A stretch of 64,000 nucleotides of DNA. Origin: Curvularia clavata. Taxonomy: Eukaryota. Positions within the stretch are counted from its first letter, which is position 1. The number at the start of each line of letters is the position of its first letter. The stretch lies in assembly GCA_023920165.1 (NCBI GenBank), contig CP089280.1, forward strand, positions 1,612,001 to 1,676,000, read 5' to 3'. The notes under the pieces were generated by a model, which was given only the letters and a program-made list of their open reading frames with translations, was not told where the DNA came from and ran no database searches. Below are positions 61,617 to 64,000 of the stretch, one piece after another. Position numbers and translations under genes: made by a program.

Positions 61617-63149
61617 ATGTATTCGCCAAGGTCCTTCCCTTATCTGCAACACTCTCCACCCTCTTCTCGCCCTTCGAGACCAAAGTCCGAAAGGATGGGC
61701 ACACGCCTACGTTCCAGCCTTCCTTCACACCCTTCCAGACCCGTCAAGGTGGACTCTACCACGCAATCTACGAATAAGTCGACCTCCATGGTCCGCTGCG
61801 ACCAGAAACCACAATCGCCGCCGCCGTCGTCATCACCATCACCACCACCACCATCCGTCCACGTGCCTTCTACCACAGCAATGTCCAAACCCATGGGCAT
61901 TCCACCCCGTACCCCTTTGAAATCCCCTTCTTCAACACACACCTCGAGGATGCGAAGCAGTAACCGCAGTTCGTCTGCACGCCCTGCACCAGGCCATGAC
62001 GCAAGGGCGCTGCCGCCTGCCGTGGCTGCCTTGCTCGCCGTCACCACTATCCCCAAGATTCCCGCCCGCCGACGACAACGCTCCACTATGGACAAGACCA
62101 TCTCCATGGATGAGCTGATACAGGAGTGGAAGCAGGAGGACTCTGATATCCCACCGTCGCTGTCGGGCTCTCCCATGGACCTGCTGCTTGGCCGTATCGA
62201 CGACTCGGATGACGAGGACAGTAGCGTCACAAGCATGGAGCCAGAGAAGGCGTCTTTCTTAACCTCTAGGTCTATTTCTAGTGACTCCATCTCTCTGCCG
62301 CCGTCGTTGGACTACGAAGACCCTTCCTACGCATCTCACTGGGATAACATCAGCACACCAGATTCCATTGGTCGAAAGTCACTACCAGAGCGAAAGGAGA
62401 AGGTTGTCTCATCACCACCAAAAGAGGATTGCATTCTGGATCATCCTCTTCTTCACTTTGGCCCAGACGATTGCGAGGATATCATTGCTACCAACATCGA
62501 CGACACCGTTGTCCCTACACCTCCAGCCGAGCGGTTCAGGTCATTCAAGTCCAACTTGACTGCGTCTTTCCAAGCCCTAAAGTCAGCCGCCAAATCCTTC
62601 TCCAATTTTACTGCACCAAGTGTGCCCCCGGATGATTTCCTCACGCGATCGCTCCTGTCACCCCGGTTCACCAGCGAGATGCGACCGAAGCAAGTCGATG
62701 GGCTGCCGTCGCCCGAACTGCGACGTTATCTCAACCCCCAGCCGGCACCGATTTCACCCACCGAGTTGTCCATGCACCTCCACGACTCCTTCATGCTAGA
62801 TACCGACGACGACCCCCACGCGCCCATGATCCAACTGCAGACATACGAGCGCCGCGGTCGAGCACAAAAGTCACGCCGTAATCGTGCCGCGGATCCGCTA
62901 TCCGAAGCCGGAAGGGTCCTGTCTGCCGACGCGCCCACCGTGCGGCAGCGCGAGCCTCGTGAGAATAGCGACTTTCTCCGTGTCATTGTCCTCGAAATGA
63001 ACATGCGCCGCGTGGGCAAGCTTGACTCCAAGGCCGTCGGCAAGGCGCGAATCTGGCTCCCACCAAGAAAGCCTGCCTCCACGCAACCACCTTCCTGTCA
63101 GGGCCAAAACCGTGTTCCGCTTAGATGGATTCCAGTCTCCTCACCCTGA
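61617..63149 (+). CDS. Conserved-looking fungal S/P-rich protein of unknown function, about 510 aa
   Basis: Long single ORF, largely disordered, with motif blocks LPPAVAALLAVTTIP, FKSNLTASFQALKSAA and RQREPRENSDFLRVIVLEMNMRRVGKL. From memory these resemble an uncharacterised Ascomycota family (possibly S. pombe PB1A10.08-like; unverified). Confidence 0.8.
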   Translation: MYSPRSFPYLQHSPPSSRPSRPKSERMGTRLRSSLPSHPSRPVKVDSTTQSTNKSTSMVRCDQKPQSPPPSSSPSPPPPSVHVPSTTAMSKPMGIPPRTPLKSPSSTHTSRMRSSNRSSSARPAPGHDARALPPAVAALLAVTTIPKIPARRRQRSTMDKTISMDELIQEWKQEDSDIPPSLSGSPMDLLLGRIDDSDDEDSSVTSMEPEKASFLTSRSISSDSISLPPSLDYEDPSYASHWDNISTPDSIGRKSLPERKEKVVSSPPKEDCILDHPLLHFGPDDCEDIIATNIDDTVVPTPPAERFRSFKSNLTASFQALKSAAKSFSNFTAPSVPPDDFLTRSLLSPRFTSEMRPKQVDGLPSPELRRYLNPQPAPISPTELSMHLHDSFMLDTDDDPHAPMIQLQTYERRGRAQKSRRNRAADPLSEAGRVLSADAPTVRQREPRENSDFLRVIVLEMNMRRVGKLDSKAVGKARIWLPPRKPASTQPPSCQGQNRVPLRWIPVSSP

Positions 63150-64000
63150 GTAAACCCTACTGCCGGTGCGATAAGACGGCTGCCGTAAGATTCGACCCCT
63201 TCGCCGTTGGGCACGCACGCAGCCCAATGCGTGCATCACCCTCGCCTACCTCCATACAACCAGATGGACCGAGCCTGCACGTTGCAAGGCGTCTCCACAT
63301 TACGTGGCGCTTCGTATGCGACCTTTCGATCCTGCGTCATTGGCTGACATGGAGCCCTGGAGGCGATCCCGGATTCAGTTTCTCCGAAAGATCGCATGAC
63401 TTGCCTTAGTCTGGCGCGACGGGTCTAGCGGGTCCGCCGTCCATCAAAATTGCTCGACTTGGTATAGGCTTCACGGAGACCGTTACACTGGGAATTTGCG
63501 CCTCGCTTACCATTTTACACAAAATCTGGATAAAGTCATGGAATTCCCTGGATTCGACAACATGGGAAAAGCAGGTTGTACCATGATGACTGGGGTTAAG
63601 TTGTTGTGCCACCTCAGCAGACGCGACCACGGAGTTTAGTCGGAGCCGAGATCGTCACAGTGGGCAAGGGGGAAGAAGAAGAAAAAAACAGCACATCGTT
63701 TGGTTCGCAACGCTGTCAACCAACCAGTGTCCGGTGACACCAAATTTTCATCGGTTCCTGAGTTGGCAGGGCGTTAGGGAGCGTTCGGGAGCGGAACATG
63801 CCTTTTTTTTCGCGGTACGACAAACTCCCACCTTTGGCTCGTGGCAGCAAACCAGAGGCTCCGAAATGCCGGGTCTCGCCGACGCCGGTGTGGGGGGCGC
63901 TGTTACACATTTGCATCGAGCAATCATTCTCCCGTAGCCCTATGGGGGTTACTATGTACCGCGGAGAGGCTGGGCCACGTTGGTCTAAGAGAAATGCTTC

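Noticed and set aside
63582..63652. ATGATGA box C-like motif suggesting a C/D snoRNA
   Set aside because: No canonical CTGA D box or terminal stem at a suitable distance, and no recognisable rRNA guide.
1..64000. Secondary-metabolite cluster, intact transposon, CRISPR, tRNA/rRNA, or bacterial-type operon
   Set aside because: No PKS/NRPS/terpene backbone, transposase/RT, spacer array or cloverleaf recognised. The histidine kinase and other bacterial-looking enzymes carry spliceosomal introns and belong to native fungal families.

Overview
Gene-dense eukaryotic DNA from a filamentous ascomycete (Pezizomycotina; probably Dothideomycetes/Pleosporales, which is an inference). Short GT..CTRAC..YAG spliceosomal introns occur throughout. 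About 26 protein-coding loci can be supported. Housekeeping genes: CHS7, TRS31, thioredoxin, ERp38/TigA-type PDI, EBP2, TRM3, a short kinesin-3, VPS16 and ASE1. Metabolic and plant-interaction genes: phenol 2-monooxygenase, butanediol dehydrogenase-like MDR, AA9 LPMO, GH78 rhamnosidase and a 10-Cys small secreted protein. Also present are a PAS-containing hybrid histidine kinase, a PIR-domain GPI wall protein, F-box and BTB adaptors, and several orphan genes. I recognised no tRNA, rRNA, CRISPR array or intact transposon. The most notable observations are: (1) a 107-aa orphan that keeps the NF-YA/Hap2 subunit-binding helix but has a degenerate CCAAT-binding helix, a possible microProtein or relic; (2) an AA9 with a disordered tail ending in a Cys plus polybasic motif and a Gln-to-Glu second-sphere change; (3) a PTS1 (-ARL) on the phenol hydroxylase visible only after splicing; (4) an effector-like 129-aa Cys-rich protein in an accessory-looking island. 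All family calls come from motif recognition by eye; no database search was run.
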